From Octopus sinensis (lineage: Eukaryota), in the NCBI RefSeq assembly GCF_006345805.1, contig NW_021833892.1, positions 124,001 through 188,000 of the forward strand: DNA of 64,000 nucleotides, written 5' to 3'. This document shows, piece after piece, positions 52,717 to 64,000 of this stretch. The stretch's first letter is position 1. Every line of letters begins with the position of its first letter. Under the pieces are notes generated by a model that saw only the letters and a list, made by a program, of their open reading frames with translations, had not been told where the DNA came from and did no database searches. A program made the translations under genes and the position numbers.

Positions 52717-53069
52717 CTATGTATTGTGTTTGAAAGACGAGTATGGCATAAAAGAGTCCTGGTTTAAAGGAGAAAGAATTGACTGATCCAAATTCGAGCC
52801 CACTCCATTTGACATTTTAGGTTTCTAAAGTATAATTCATTTTGATTTACTGATGAGGCTAAACATAAATCAACATTAAGAAAATACAGGGAATCCATTT
52901 AAAAACTGTAATCGTAGTATTCGGTAATAAGCACCACTCCTTAGTCCTAGAAGGATAATTTTTATTTAAAAATCTACCATTTATTTTTTGGGACGTAACT
53001 GGAGAGGATGCTGTAGTTCAACGAGTCCTTAACCTTATTCCTCGATTCTGCACGAAAGCTACGAGACAT
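52717..53069 (-). CDS. BCL7: BCL7-family (SWI/SNF-associated) protein, ~88 aa, absent from the ORF track
   Basis: Exons 53069-52978 and 52946-52888 encode MSRSFRAESRNKVKD...KWTKEWCLLPNTTITVFKWIP, matching the BCL7 N-terminal domain (RSVRAETRSRAKDDIK...KWEKKWV..DTSLRIYKWVP). The 3' exons 52858-52851 and 52824-52717 are less certain. Confidence 0.8.
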
Positions 53070-53365
53070 AAATAGTCGATAAAGCTTATATTTTAATTAA
53101 AAAATATAAAAACAATTTAATATTACAAATAAACAATTCTGGATTAGACGTATAATTACAATTGATAAAATAAATTTAATTCAGAAAGCTCTTCAATATT
53201 TTAGAATTAATTTTTTAATTGTCGAAAAAAGTATTCTGATATTAAATTTATTTAGTTCATAATTTTTGTTTCAATTTCGACTTAAATAGCAGATTACTGG
53301 ACATTTGTTCTTGTTGAGTCATACACGTGTTACCATTTTTGAACAGAATTTAGAGATTTTATAAC

Positions 53366-56300
53366 ATGCAGGCCGAAATTGAAGATAACTTATTTGAATT
53401 ATCTCCATCTGATTTTTGCTTTCATATTTCTCGTAAATTTTTGCCGATTTACATTTCAGGAATTGATAATCATGAACACCAAGAAATGATTTCGTATTTC
53501 AAATCATCTTTATTTAATTCAAGCCACAATTCTGATATAAACCGGAATATTTTTGCATTTATTTGTTTCAAAAACTTGAATATTATGAATCAAATATGTA
53601 CTGTTTTGGCAAATCATGTTGATAAATGGGACACATTCGACGTACCACTGAATGGCGACGAAGCCAATAAAATAATGATTTTAACAGTTAATATAATGAC
53701 GGGAATTGTAATTAATTCAACCGATGAATTTGTCACAGATGTGTTGTATTCTATAGTAAGTAACTACTATAAGTATTTCAGTTTAATATTCAAGCTAAAT
53801 TAGCTTCACATTGCTGTCTTGCCCCTAAATATGAAATGATTTTTCGGACTATGTTAAAATCCCAGTTTACTCAGATTTTCTCTCTGGTTTTATATTTAAA
53901 ATTATTTTTTAGCACAACTCTCCAAAAATTCTCAGCATCAGTATTTTAAGGACATTGTGCAATATGTTCAAAGACGATCTAGGAATTCTTTACTTGATCA
54001 GTCATTTTTGCTCCGTCGCTTCTAATCATCTTCCCACTGAGTCCCAGGTGGGTCATTTATGATTAATTTTAGACTTTAATAGCCGAGTTATTGAGCCATA
54101 AAGTATTTACTATGCAAAAGCTGTTTTCAAAGCCTTCATATCGTATTTTGGTAGCAAACTGTGTCATTTTATTTATAGAATGGGCTGAAGCATGTAATAT
54201 CAATTGTTGGCCGAGATCTCATCTCATCTGTTGTGTTCCCTGCAGTTTTAAGTATGCTAAAGAGATTATGTTAGTTTTTAGTGTCGTTGGCGGAGGAATG
54301 GTGTACGATAAGGAATTCCTCATTTCTCTATCCACTCAATTTATTGGTTGGACATTTTATTTAAACCTGTAGAAAACATGAAGAGTTATCCAACGAACAA
54401 GGAAATGTCAACTAGTGCCCTCGCTGTGCTGTACTCGGCTGGATTTGACGACGAAACAGCCATGTCTCTTTTGACGATGCTGACTAAAAGTCATTTCAAG
54501 TTGCTATAAACCAGGCCTGAAAAATTTGTCGGATGTCAGCAGCAAAGAAAATGTTTTGCTCGCAATATCTCTATTTTCTAAATTAAGGACCCCGACTATC
54601 AAATTATGTGCTCATGTGTTTGACACTCTTCTCCCTCTTCTCATGACTACAAGTAACTCATTACTTTTATATTGTCAGCTTCTCCACGTATTACTGCCGG
54701 TCTTATGGCAGTATTTACTAACTGGACTACAGTTCTTCCCCAAAATGTCAATACTTCTGGTCTAATTCCGACCTTAATCTTCATTATTTGTAGTCTATAA
54801 ATAGACTGATTGTTTAGCCAACACCAAGTTATTCAACTCTCCTGGTTTTTCATCTGTTTTTGTGCGTCTGTCGTTGCATTTATTGCGCAATGATGGTAGG
54901 TTTTTTTGAATATTCTGGATAGGTCGCGACAGAGAATTGACTTCTCGATGTGTTGAGTCTGTCCAGAGTTATATGGAGAAATGCACAACTGAAAAATGTC
55001 CTCAACAAAAATTACTTTCCTTGGCTTATTTGATTACGTAATTAAATTGTAGTGACTGTATAGTACGATTGTGCCCAGTCCGGAACAAGTAAAGAGTTTA
55101 ATTAAAAAATGTAATTTGTTTACTGACAGAGCTCTTGCGTGTTACAATTCTGAAGGTTTTTATTGCCTTGTTAAAGCCAGATTTGACCATTGCTTATAAA
55201 ATGGGATTGCTGTGGGCGGAATTGGATAGTCTGGAGAGAAGGTTGCTTGTATTTATTACTGGCAGTTCTCGCTGTCGTTTTGTTGTTTTGGTAATTTGTC
55301 ACCGCCTTGTTGAAGTCAGTAAACTTTGCGTTGAAATACCCGAATTGTGCATTTCAGAGCTGCTTAATCAGGCCTGTCTTTTTATTGACAACGTGAAAGG
55401 CATTTCGGCATTGCTTTTTGTATTTTGAATTATTTAGACTTTATTGTCGTCCCATTGCATGTTGAAACCATCGCGAATGAGGTTGATTTTTAAGATTATA
55501 TTCTCCCAAATTAAGAAAGATGATATTCCTTCTTTTCTCAAGACTGTGATTCTTTCGCTGACTTGTCCACTAATCTGTTCTTTTATATTTTTATTGTTTT
55601 AGATAATCCGGGCTTTTTATTGTCGAATTTCGATTTTTCTGTATTTTCAGTCGACGAATATCTCACTTTAATATCAAATAATATCAATTCGGAGGCTGTG
55701 GTGAACCTTTGCGACTTATTGTCGAGAATAAAAAATGTACGAATCGCTCTTTCTTCTCTCCTATTGGACTGTTTGTATTTTGTTAATGAAGAAATTATTG
55801 CGTCTACTGTGAGTCTGTCTGATTGTCAAGTGATGGATTCGGCCAAAGTCGGAGATTTGCACGACGTGGGAATGCTTGAAATGTTTGCGTATTTTGGATA
55901 TTTTAGGTTTAATGAAGTAAACAAGAAAATTTCTAAATCAAGAATTGACGAGGTTTGATGAATTTGTTACCCTTGTGCTTAGGATACGTTCAAATGCAGT
56001 TTCATGGGAATTTCCATCACGGAAACGCAATTGTTGAAAATTAAAGACAAATTGGCGGAAGAAGCAGAATTAGCCAACAAACTCCACTCAGTATTAAGCA
56101 TTTATATTGGCTTAGATGGTTGATAGATCTTCGTGGTTTTTTAAAATAATGGAAAAGGTGAATTCTTCTTACACAACGCCACAAAACTTTGTTTTTTTAC
56201 TCAGACATTGTGACCGTCTTCTCAAGGACAACTTAATTTACGATGTCGGGATTAGCTGACTCATTCTCTGGTCAAATATGCATTCCCTGCTTTGTCGGAT

Positions 56301-59300
56301 GCAGAGAGTTCGATTTGTGAGAATTAGATTATAGGAATTCATATCTCTGGAGCAAAAATGGCCTTTTGTTGTCAAAGACTCCCTCCTATTCACCAAACTG
56401 TTTTTGAAAAGAACGTGACGGAATTACTACGAATAATTCGTTCAAAATCAACACTTTTCAATGAATTTGCCATTTTTCAGACGTGCTATTTGATTTTTCT
56501 GATCAAGTCTATAATTACCTGGAAGATATACGATCGTTTTGTTACCACTTCAGTCATTTCATGCAATCATTTCGTGGTTCTACTTTTTGACTATCTTGAA
56601 TTCATCGAATCAGTTTGTCTTCAGGAAGTGGTATTTTTTCTATTTTACTTCTCTAGTCCAGTGTCCATCAGCTTGCTATTGTAGAAATAGTTGAATTAGC
56701 CGCCATGATTTTGAATGATTTTTGCGATATGAACGACGAAGCAGCACGATTGCTAAGATTTGCTGCGTTTTTTTGTGAATTGAAAGAGAATTGTATTTCA
56801 GAAATAGATGAAATTAACAAATTTTTACAAGCTGATAATCTATATTTTAAACGTCTAGGATTTGAGGTTTTTGGTTATCTAATTTGAAATAGACTTTTCT
56901 GAAAATGCCCCTGTCAGTTAATGTTTCAGTACAAAAAGATAGAAGAATGGGGATTGAAATTTTTTGCTCTGTTATTACATCCTTGCATTGCAAAACTAAT
57001 GAAAATATTCGAAATTTGGCACAAGAGTTTGAAAAATCGATTATGTTGTTTATAGGATACTTGATTTGGTTAATTTTGACGTTGATTGGGATGTTTTTGA
57101 TCGCTTGTTAGAACTGGCATTTTCAGAAAACCTACAAGTCCGAGAAACAGCTTCCCAGGCGTTGTGTTATGTGTTTCCAAAACTCCACGGTCGCCCTATA
57201 GATGTGATTTTGGAACAAATAAAACAAATTTACCATCAGAATTTGCCTGTTTTCATATTATCGATAAATTATTGTTAGTATAAAGACCAAAGGAAGGGTC
57301 ACATCAATGTAGTAGTTGTGGACAAATGGTGGATAAGACATGGCTCGGGTCTGGCTATGTTACACCTCAGCAGTTTTTATGGTGATTCTTGCCTCATAAT
57401 GATCGATTTGCTTAAATTTATTCTTACCTTTGCTGTTGACGACTGCTGTTCGGACGTGGAGAGTCTTTTTTTCAACATTGCAATTAATCTTACAGATAAA
57501 CATGGGGGAGTTTGTCCCTTTATATTAATTTGGATAGAAGCATGTCGAAGTTTTGTTGCCATTTCTTAAAGGACTTCTTAACTCGGAAGCCACTGAGCAA
57601 CTTTATACAAAAAAGCACGTTTTAATAACAATAATGGGATCCCTTGCACACCATTTGGATGCTAATGATCAAAGGATGTTGGAGATCCTGGAAAATCTTT
57701 TGGGAGTTTTATCAACGCCTTCTCAAATGGTTATTATGCTGATTTTGATACGAATTATAGGTGCAAGAAAACATTGCTCGATGTTTGCCAACATTTATTA
57801 AGGCGATTAAGGATTCCGAGATCGCCTACATCGATCGAATGAGAAAAGGATTGACCGAATCTACTAAATATGCCGAGAGACGTGGATTTGCGTTTGGATT
57901 AGCCGGACTCTGTAAAGGAATTGGATTGTCCTCCATAAAGAAATACGATATTATAGCATTTCTTACTCAAAATTTCAACAAAAAGGAAAATACCGGACGA
58001 GAAAGTCAATTTTTTGATAAACATGTTATAGACGCCGCCTTTCTTTTTGAGGCACTGTTTATATTGATGGGAAGGACATTCGAGCCGTATACTGTTTTAT
58101 TTCTTCCCAACCTTTTAATTCTTATCGGTGATTCAGCAAATAATGTGAGAAAGGTGGTTTGTTTATTTGAAGGTGTTTAGGCCGCTTCGGATTGTTGTCG
58201 TGTTGTAATGGGAAATCTTAGTTCGCATGGAATGAAACAAATTCTGCCAAAACTATTGGAAGCATTATCAGACCGTTCGTGGAGAACAAGGAGTGGTGAG
58301 TGTGGTGTTTTGAGTGATAGGTTCTATTGAAATTATTTCTACGATTGCGGATTCTTCATCCCCAGTTATGTCTCAAGCCCTCCCTCAAGTTATGCCCAAA
58401 ATTCTACAGACTCTGAATGACATAACTTGTACGGTTAGAGAAAGTGCAGTGAGGACCCTCAATAAAATTGGATCCGTTATCAAAAATCCAGAAATTGCGA
58501 GTTTTTTCTGATTGGTATATTTTCAGAGGTTGTGGATGTTCTTATATCTGCGCTTTCCAATAATGAACTCATTCACAAAGCGTTGAACACCTTGTCACAA
58601 GTCAAGTTTGTTCATGCAATCGACTCTCCCTCACTCTCAATCATTTTTCCTGTTATTCAATACGGCTTCCGTGATCCAGACCCAAAGAACAATTATTTGT
58701 CTGCCCTTATTTTCTCACGACTTGCTTCATTGGCCAACGTTAAAGTCAGTTTTTATTATCCGACATTCTTAGGATCTTTGTGCCTATAGTGAGGAGGTAC
58801 TGCCTAATTTGAAGGCCTGTTTTCACAGTATTAACAGTGAAGTTCGAATAATGACTGCCAAGGCATTCGCAACTGTTGCGCTGACTACCTCGAATATCGA
58901 TGACACTCTGGAATGGTTGTACAATCTCATGACGAGCAAGGATACTGTATTTGACCGACAAGGGGGTGCCAGAGGTTAGTAATGAGAGTAGAAATAGTGT
59001 AAGGATACTACGAAATGATTAAAGTGATGGGGGTAAATAAAGTGGTGAATGTGTTGGATGAACTAATGGAGGCTTTAGTTACAGGTGATGCTGACTTGTA
59101 CAGGGTGGATGGCCTCCTGAGGGTTGCCATGTATATTGTTGTTGATTTCCCGAATGAACTGACTCCGCATATTCCACTGCTCGTGAGTTCTGTAGTTGAG
59201 GTTAATTTTTTTTCTATTTTCATTAGAAATTCAATCACGATAGTCTAAGAGAAACAGCTCTTCAGCTGTTAATGTGCATTTTTGGCCGACTGGGGGATTC

Positions 59301-61982
59301 TTCAGTTCATTTGGTTGTACCTCATATTCAAAAGTCAATGTTTCATGTTGATAAACTTGTACGTAAGTGGTCTGTCCATCTCATCGGACAACTGTTTTGT
59401 CAACTAATTGGTTTCCCTGCTTGTATATTGTGTTAGGAGTGACTGTCTCGACTGACGAAGAGAGCATGGAGATAGTTCGCACAAGTGATGCCAACATTGC
59501 CGTTTGTTAACCTTCTTTAACTTTTAGACTATTCGTACTATATTTGGTGATGATATGTTTGGTCGCGTTCTATCGATTCTATATATTAATCGATTTGATT
59601 CTTCCAATCACGTTTGCCAAGTCTCCGTTCGTGTATGGAAAATTATTGCAACAAACAGCATGAAGACTGTTGCGATCATTTTGGGAGTTTTTTGTCGATT
59701 GGTTCTAGACGTTGTTTCCAATGATCAGTTTGCTCATGTTCATAATGTTTATTTCACATTTTCACATCTTTGTTTAGGCGGCTTTGTCGGCTCTGGCTGA
59801 TATTTGCAGAAAATTCGGCTCGAGAAGATATGAAGAGATTATTGATAAATTATTACCAGAGAGTCTTTGTGAGAACACTCGATTACATGCTGCATTCCAT
59901 GTGGCAATGGGATATATTCTCTCTTCCTTAAATAGAGAACAGGCCGTGTTTATGGCGACTAAATACTCCGACTTTCTCATCTTTGGATTGAAGGATTCTG
60001 CGGAAGTAGTTCGACAAAGTGCTTTTGAGGCATTGCAAAAGTTTTACACTACTTCGGGCAACTTAGCTCTAGAAACTATTTTACCAAGACTTTCCCGATT
60101 TGCCGTTTTATTTGATTCAGATTAATTTTTAGTCAAAAGATAAACAAATCTGCAAAGTACTTGGACTAGTCTGCCAGTTCAAACAATCTGTCTTTTCCCA
60201 GTTCATAATTCCTCTTGTATGTAATATTTTATATTATTTAGTTTTGCGACCAAACTCTAGATTTGGAAGGATTAGTCTGCCTGTCTTTGAATACGGTGAT
60301 TTATTTGGGATCGGAATGTCGACGAATAATGGAAAGGATTGTTTTTGGTTTGTTAGAACGTGATGACATCCTCTTGGTGTTATATATTTGTTTAGTTTTA
60401 GGAAATTACTCGATATGAACATTTTCTGATTAATATTGGCGACAAAGAGAGTTGTGGGAATGTGATAAACTTCATTGTCGACAAGTTGGTCAATCAGACC
60501 ACTACTCGACGACTTATCGCAGCACAATTTTTGGGATTTGTGTGTCAGTGTGCTAATTTCGACTCTTCGCAATTTCCAGTATTTCAAGCATTATTTGAAC
60601 TTCTTTGTGATTCCGACGTTCAATTGCAACATGTCGCGTGGAATTCAATGGATTTGTTTATTAAGACATGTTTCTCTCATTTATTCACAGAACATAGATC
60701 CCGATGTATTCAACCAGTCTTTCAAGAGTATTCGTGGTGTAGTGGACGGAATATTACTTAAGTGTCCTTAATCTGTCATTCACGGGTTTGGTCTCCCCGA
60801 TAAGAGAATTCGATGTTTCGCTTCCATTTTCTGAAATGGGCTTTGTGCAGGAATAAAGAGGATTGCACTGCAGTTTTGCTTGCAATTTTGGTGAAATGTC
60901 CTCCTGGGGCACTTGATTCTTCCGCTATGTCTATAGTTGGGGCACTTATTCGAGCACTGATACACAATCAGTCTTTGCTTACTAAATTAAATTGTTTGTC
61001 TCTCATACGTGAGTTTATTTACCGGGCTGGCAAGTGCCTTTTGCCATTTGCTTCCCAATTCCGTGTTACGTTTTGTGCCACAATTCTCGATGTTAATTTG
61101 AAGGTGAGGGAACTGTCGGTTGAGTGCATTCGGGAAGCTGTGATTTTTGATGGAAATCCCGGTGTTTATGCGGAGAGATTGATGGGCGCTTATTTAGAGC
61201 AGACAAATAGTGGAATACGGTGTTTCCATTGGTTTATATTTTGTAGAGCTTCCATAATTGGGTGGACTGTGTTGTGTTTTTGAATTTTCGAGTAAACCAT
61301 TCTCATTTGATTCTCTGTCGTTCATTAGGGAGCATCTTCTTTCGTATGAAAATGACCCTAATCCTGTCACTTTACAACTGGCCGCAAAGTGTATGGGGTT
61401 GTCATTTTTCTTGATTTCTGATGTGGAGTTTGAGAGTGCGACGGGTCTTTATTTTTTGAGTATTTAAGAAATATTTTAATTTCTAGATTCTGAGTTCGGT
61501 GAGTTTCGTTTACATGCGTTCCAATGGGCTTTGTATTCTAACATTGAAAGGATGAAACCGTTTATTCATCGAGTTGTTACTAAATTGAACAGTCTTTCTG
61601 TAATTTCTGAGGTTTTTATTGCTCTTATACTTTGTAGAAATGTGCTGTCATCGTCTTGGAAATAATTTGTATTATAGTCAGAAATTACACTGATTCCGAA
61701 ATTCTCACGTTTGTTTTTTCGCTAGTTCGGAGAGTAATGGATTGTTAATGTTTATTTTAGAATCTTGAATCGACTTATTTGTTAATTAGAGAGAAGATGT
61801 TGGATGTGGTTCTTGATATGATTGAACGAATTCGTCTTTTAATCAACTGTGATGATATTCTGTCTCTTGCTGTTCGACTGGGGAATGATGAAAATGAGCG
61901 TGTTGCGTCTAAAGCAAGATTATTAGTGGCAACACTTTCTTCAGATAAAATAACATTTCAAAATGTTAATAATTCCATCTAG
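53366..61982 (+). CDS. GCN1: GCN1 (eIF2-alpha kinase activator, HEAT repeats), dozens of mini-introns; start approximate
   Basis: IMGSLAHHLD..LSTPSQMVQENIARCLP, KYAERRGFAFGLAGLCKG, FEPY..LPNLL..GD..NVR, SSHGMKQILPKLLEAL..SWRT, FVHAIDSPSLSII. Introns checked at 57.7-58.5 kb keep the frame. Confidence 0.92.
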
Positions 61983-62789
61983 GATTTTCATTTTAATGAG
62001 TGCTATTTTGAATATAGTGTCTTTAAATTTATTATAATTATGCATTTAATTTTTTATTCCGTAAATGAAAATAGTGTTTTCCTCAACAAACGTTACAATT
62101 TAGACATTTATCTTTGAGTTTAATTGCTTAAATTACAACAAGGTGTTGTAGAGCTTGTCTTCAGTTTAAATATTTTTATGAATAAAGGAGTCTGCCCTTC
62201 GTTTTTTAAACTTTCCTTTCAATCGGCATTTTGAACTTAACCAATTTTGTTCTTTTCAAAGTTAGTTTGAATAGTTTGGGTTGGTAGTTTTTGTTGATAG
62301 GCAATGTTTGAACCTTTGAAATCTAGACCCCCGTAGATTAGTGTCGCCAGAGAAATAAGGAAAGATTAAACTGCTTCAAATTTGTTGAGTTCTTTCATAT
62401 TAAATATTTGTATGAATAAAAACTTTTTTAAAAGTCAGAATTAATTGATAAAAAGTATTGATTCTTTTAATGAGTAAAGCTTTTTCATAACATTATGTAG
62501 TCTTTCATGAGTCAATACATTTTAGCAGTGCCAAAAAGTTTCTTACATAATATTTTATTATCCAGTTACATTATATCTGTCTAGATTCGCATTAAGTCAA
62601 CTTTTTTGCTTAAAAAACTATAAATTGATATTTTAAAACAATTCTTAGCAAGATTCGAATTATTTTTTTTAATTAAAAATCATTTTTTTACTTTCAAAAT
62701 GGGATTTTAACGCAAAATTTAAATTTTTCTGGGCACAATTAATTGGATTTTTTCGTATTTTAATAGAATGAATTAAAATTTAATACGTT

Positions 62790-63130
62790 GACACCCCCCA
62801 CGTGCCTCATAAACTTTTAAGTTTTTTTTCATTGACATAACTAGCTTTTCTAGGTATTTTTTTGGTGGTGGCTCCCATATTGGAAAGAATTTTGTTTCCA
62901 AATCTTTTAAATTTTTGGATGGATTTACTCTTCATCGTATCCAAACATGCTCTATTGAATTTGTCTTTTATATATTCAGTTACTGTTCTTGAAAAATAGA
63001 AAGGGGTATTATCTTGCGAAAAAATTAAAAAGTTTAGCCCCATTTTCGACGTTTATTGTTTCAGATTATTTTTATGCACTTTCGCGATGTCATGGATCAT
63101 GACAAAGCTTTTGCAGCGAAAGAAACAACA
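62790..63130 (-). mobile_element. Tc1/mariner transposase remnant
   Basis: FSQDNTPFYFSRTVTEYIK resembles FQQDNAP.H.S..V.EYL. Confidence 0.5.
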
Positions 63131-63330
63131 AGAGTTATTAGTTTGGTTCATTTCCCTCTATTCTTGGCGGTCTCCATGAAAGTAATCTAGATTCAAATTG
63201 TCCGTATCAGAAAGTCTCCATGTTCCGGAATTATAAAGGAGAATAGGTTTAACCAGAGAATTGTATAAGCGTATCCGTTTTTGTGTACTGAGTCTTTTAA
63301 AATTTAGCTAATTTTTCTTTTTTCTTTAAG
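63130..63330 (-). mobile_element. Short RTE-like LINE fragment
   Basis: RIRLYNSLVKPILLYNSGTW..LDYFH parallels KIYNTFVVPVLMYNGSTW..LDRFH at 60-160. Confidence 0.65.
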
Positions 63331-63500
63331 CTGTGTAGTGCGCTGTTTTCATATTTTTAACCATTTTTTACAAAATAAAGTTAAAAAATTAACAAGTAGT
63401 TTAATTTATTTACTGTTTGATAAAAAAAATTTGTTTCGTTAAAAGAAACCTAACATATATTTCAAACCAATATTGAATTCTTGAATAATTCATTAGTCTA

Positions 63501-64000
63501 ATGCTAAAAATTCTAGCATTTATTCTAATTTCTGCTTGTTGGAGTGAGAGCAGTATTTTAAACAGATAGAAATCAGTTTCACGAGATCTACAGAAGAATC
63601 CAATGAAATCCCACCTTTTTCACCAGGGACTTCACCTGACGCCATGGTCAAGTTAATTAAGCTTATAACACAATTTAGAGAAAATTTAAATTCTCAAGAT
63701 ATGGAACAATACCCATTTAAAGCTGATGTTAAAAATATGATGAACGTCATAATTCGGTCAATCTACAAAGTTCGAGATGTACCCTACTGATCATCAGGCT
63801 AATTCTAGATTTTTGTCCGAGAACTTATATCAAACGGTTCAGATGCTTGTGACAAAATCCGAATGTTAGCTTTAACGGACCCTTCTGTTTTGGACACCAA
63901 TCCTGAACTTAAAATAAGAGTCAAAGTCAATGATTTTAGTAAATTACTTTTTAGGCAAATTTGGAAAATGGGACTCTGACATTTGAAGACACTGGAATTG
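63501..64000 (+). CDS. HSP90B1: Endoplasmin/GRP94 (ER HSP90), 5' part; continues past the window
   Basis: Signal peptide [14 protein letters not shown]; after mini-introns [46 protein letters not shown] (HATPase_c motifs). Confidence 0.93.

Overview
AT-rich eukaryotic (animal) genomic DNA, not prokaryotic. Genes are very divergent and packed with tiny GT-AG introns (mostly 21-35 nt), which fits a reduced, fast-evolving parasitic metazoan such as a dicyemid or myxozoan (inference). Host genes recovered by manual splicing: a protocadherin-like surface protein, an unusually divergent Ran, a RhoGAP, ATP synthase subunit c, SNAPIN, the selenocysteine elongation factor eEFSec, NUP160, a BCL7-family protein, GCN1 and the 5' end of GRP94/HSP90B1, plus one or two unidentified genes. 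The left ~39 kb is a transposon patchwork with scattered genes: APE-type LINEs, R4/Dong-like and CRE-like REL retroelements, Tigger/pogo, Tc1, hAT-Charlie and a Ginger-like integrase remnant. The right ~25 kb is gene-dense. Most notable: (1) three apparent frame defects in the eEFSec GTPase-domain exons while the other single-copy genes traced are clean; (2) a 3'-splice-site-like AG 1-15 nt before the start codon of almost every gene (5'-UTR mini-introns or trans-splicing); (3) non-canonical switch II and acidic tail in Ran; (4) a probable hAT excision footprint in a reverse-transcriptase active-site motif; (5) an 8-nt micro-exon in BCL7. No rRNA, tRNA or CRISPR was seen. All homology calls are from recognised motifs; no searches were run.
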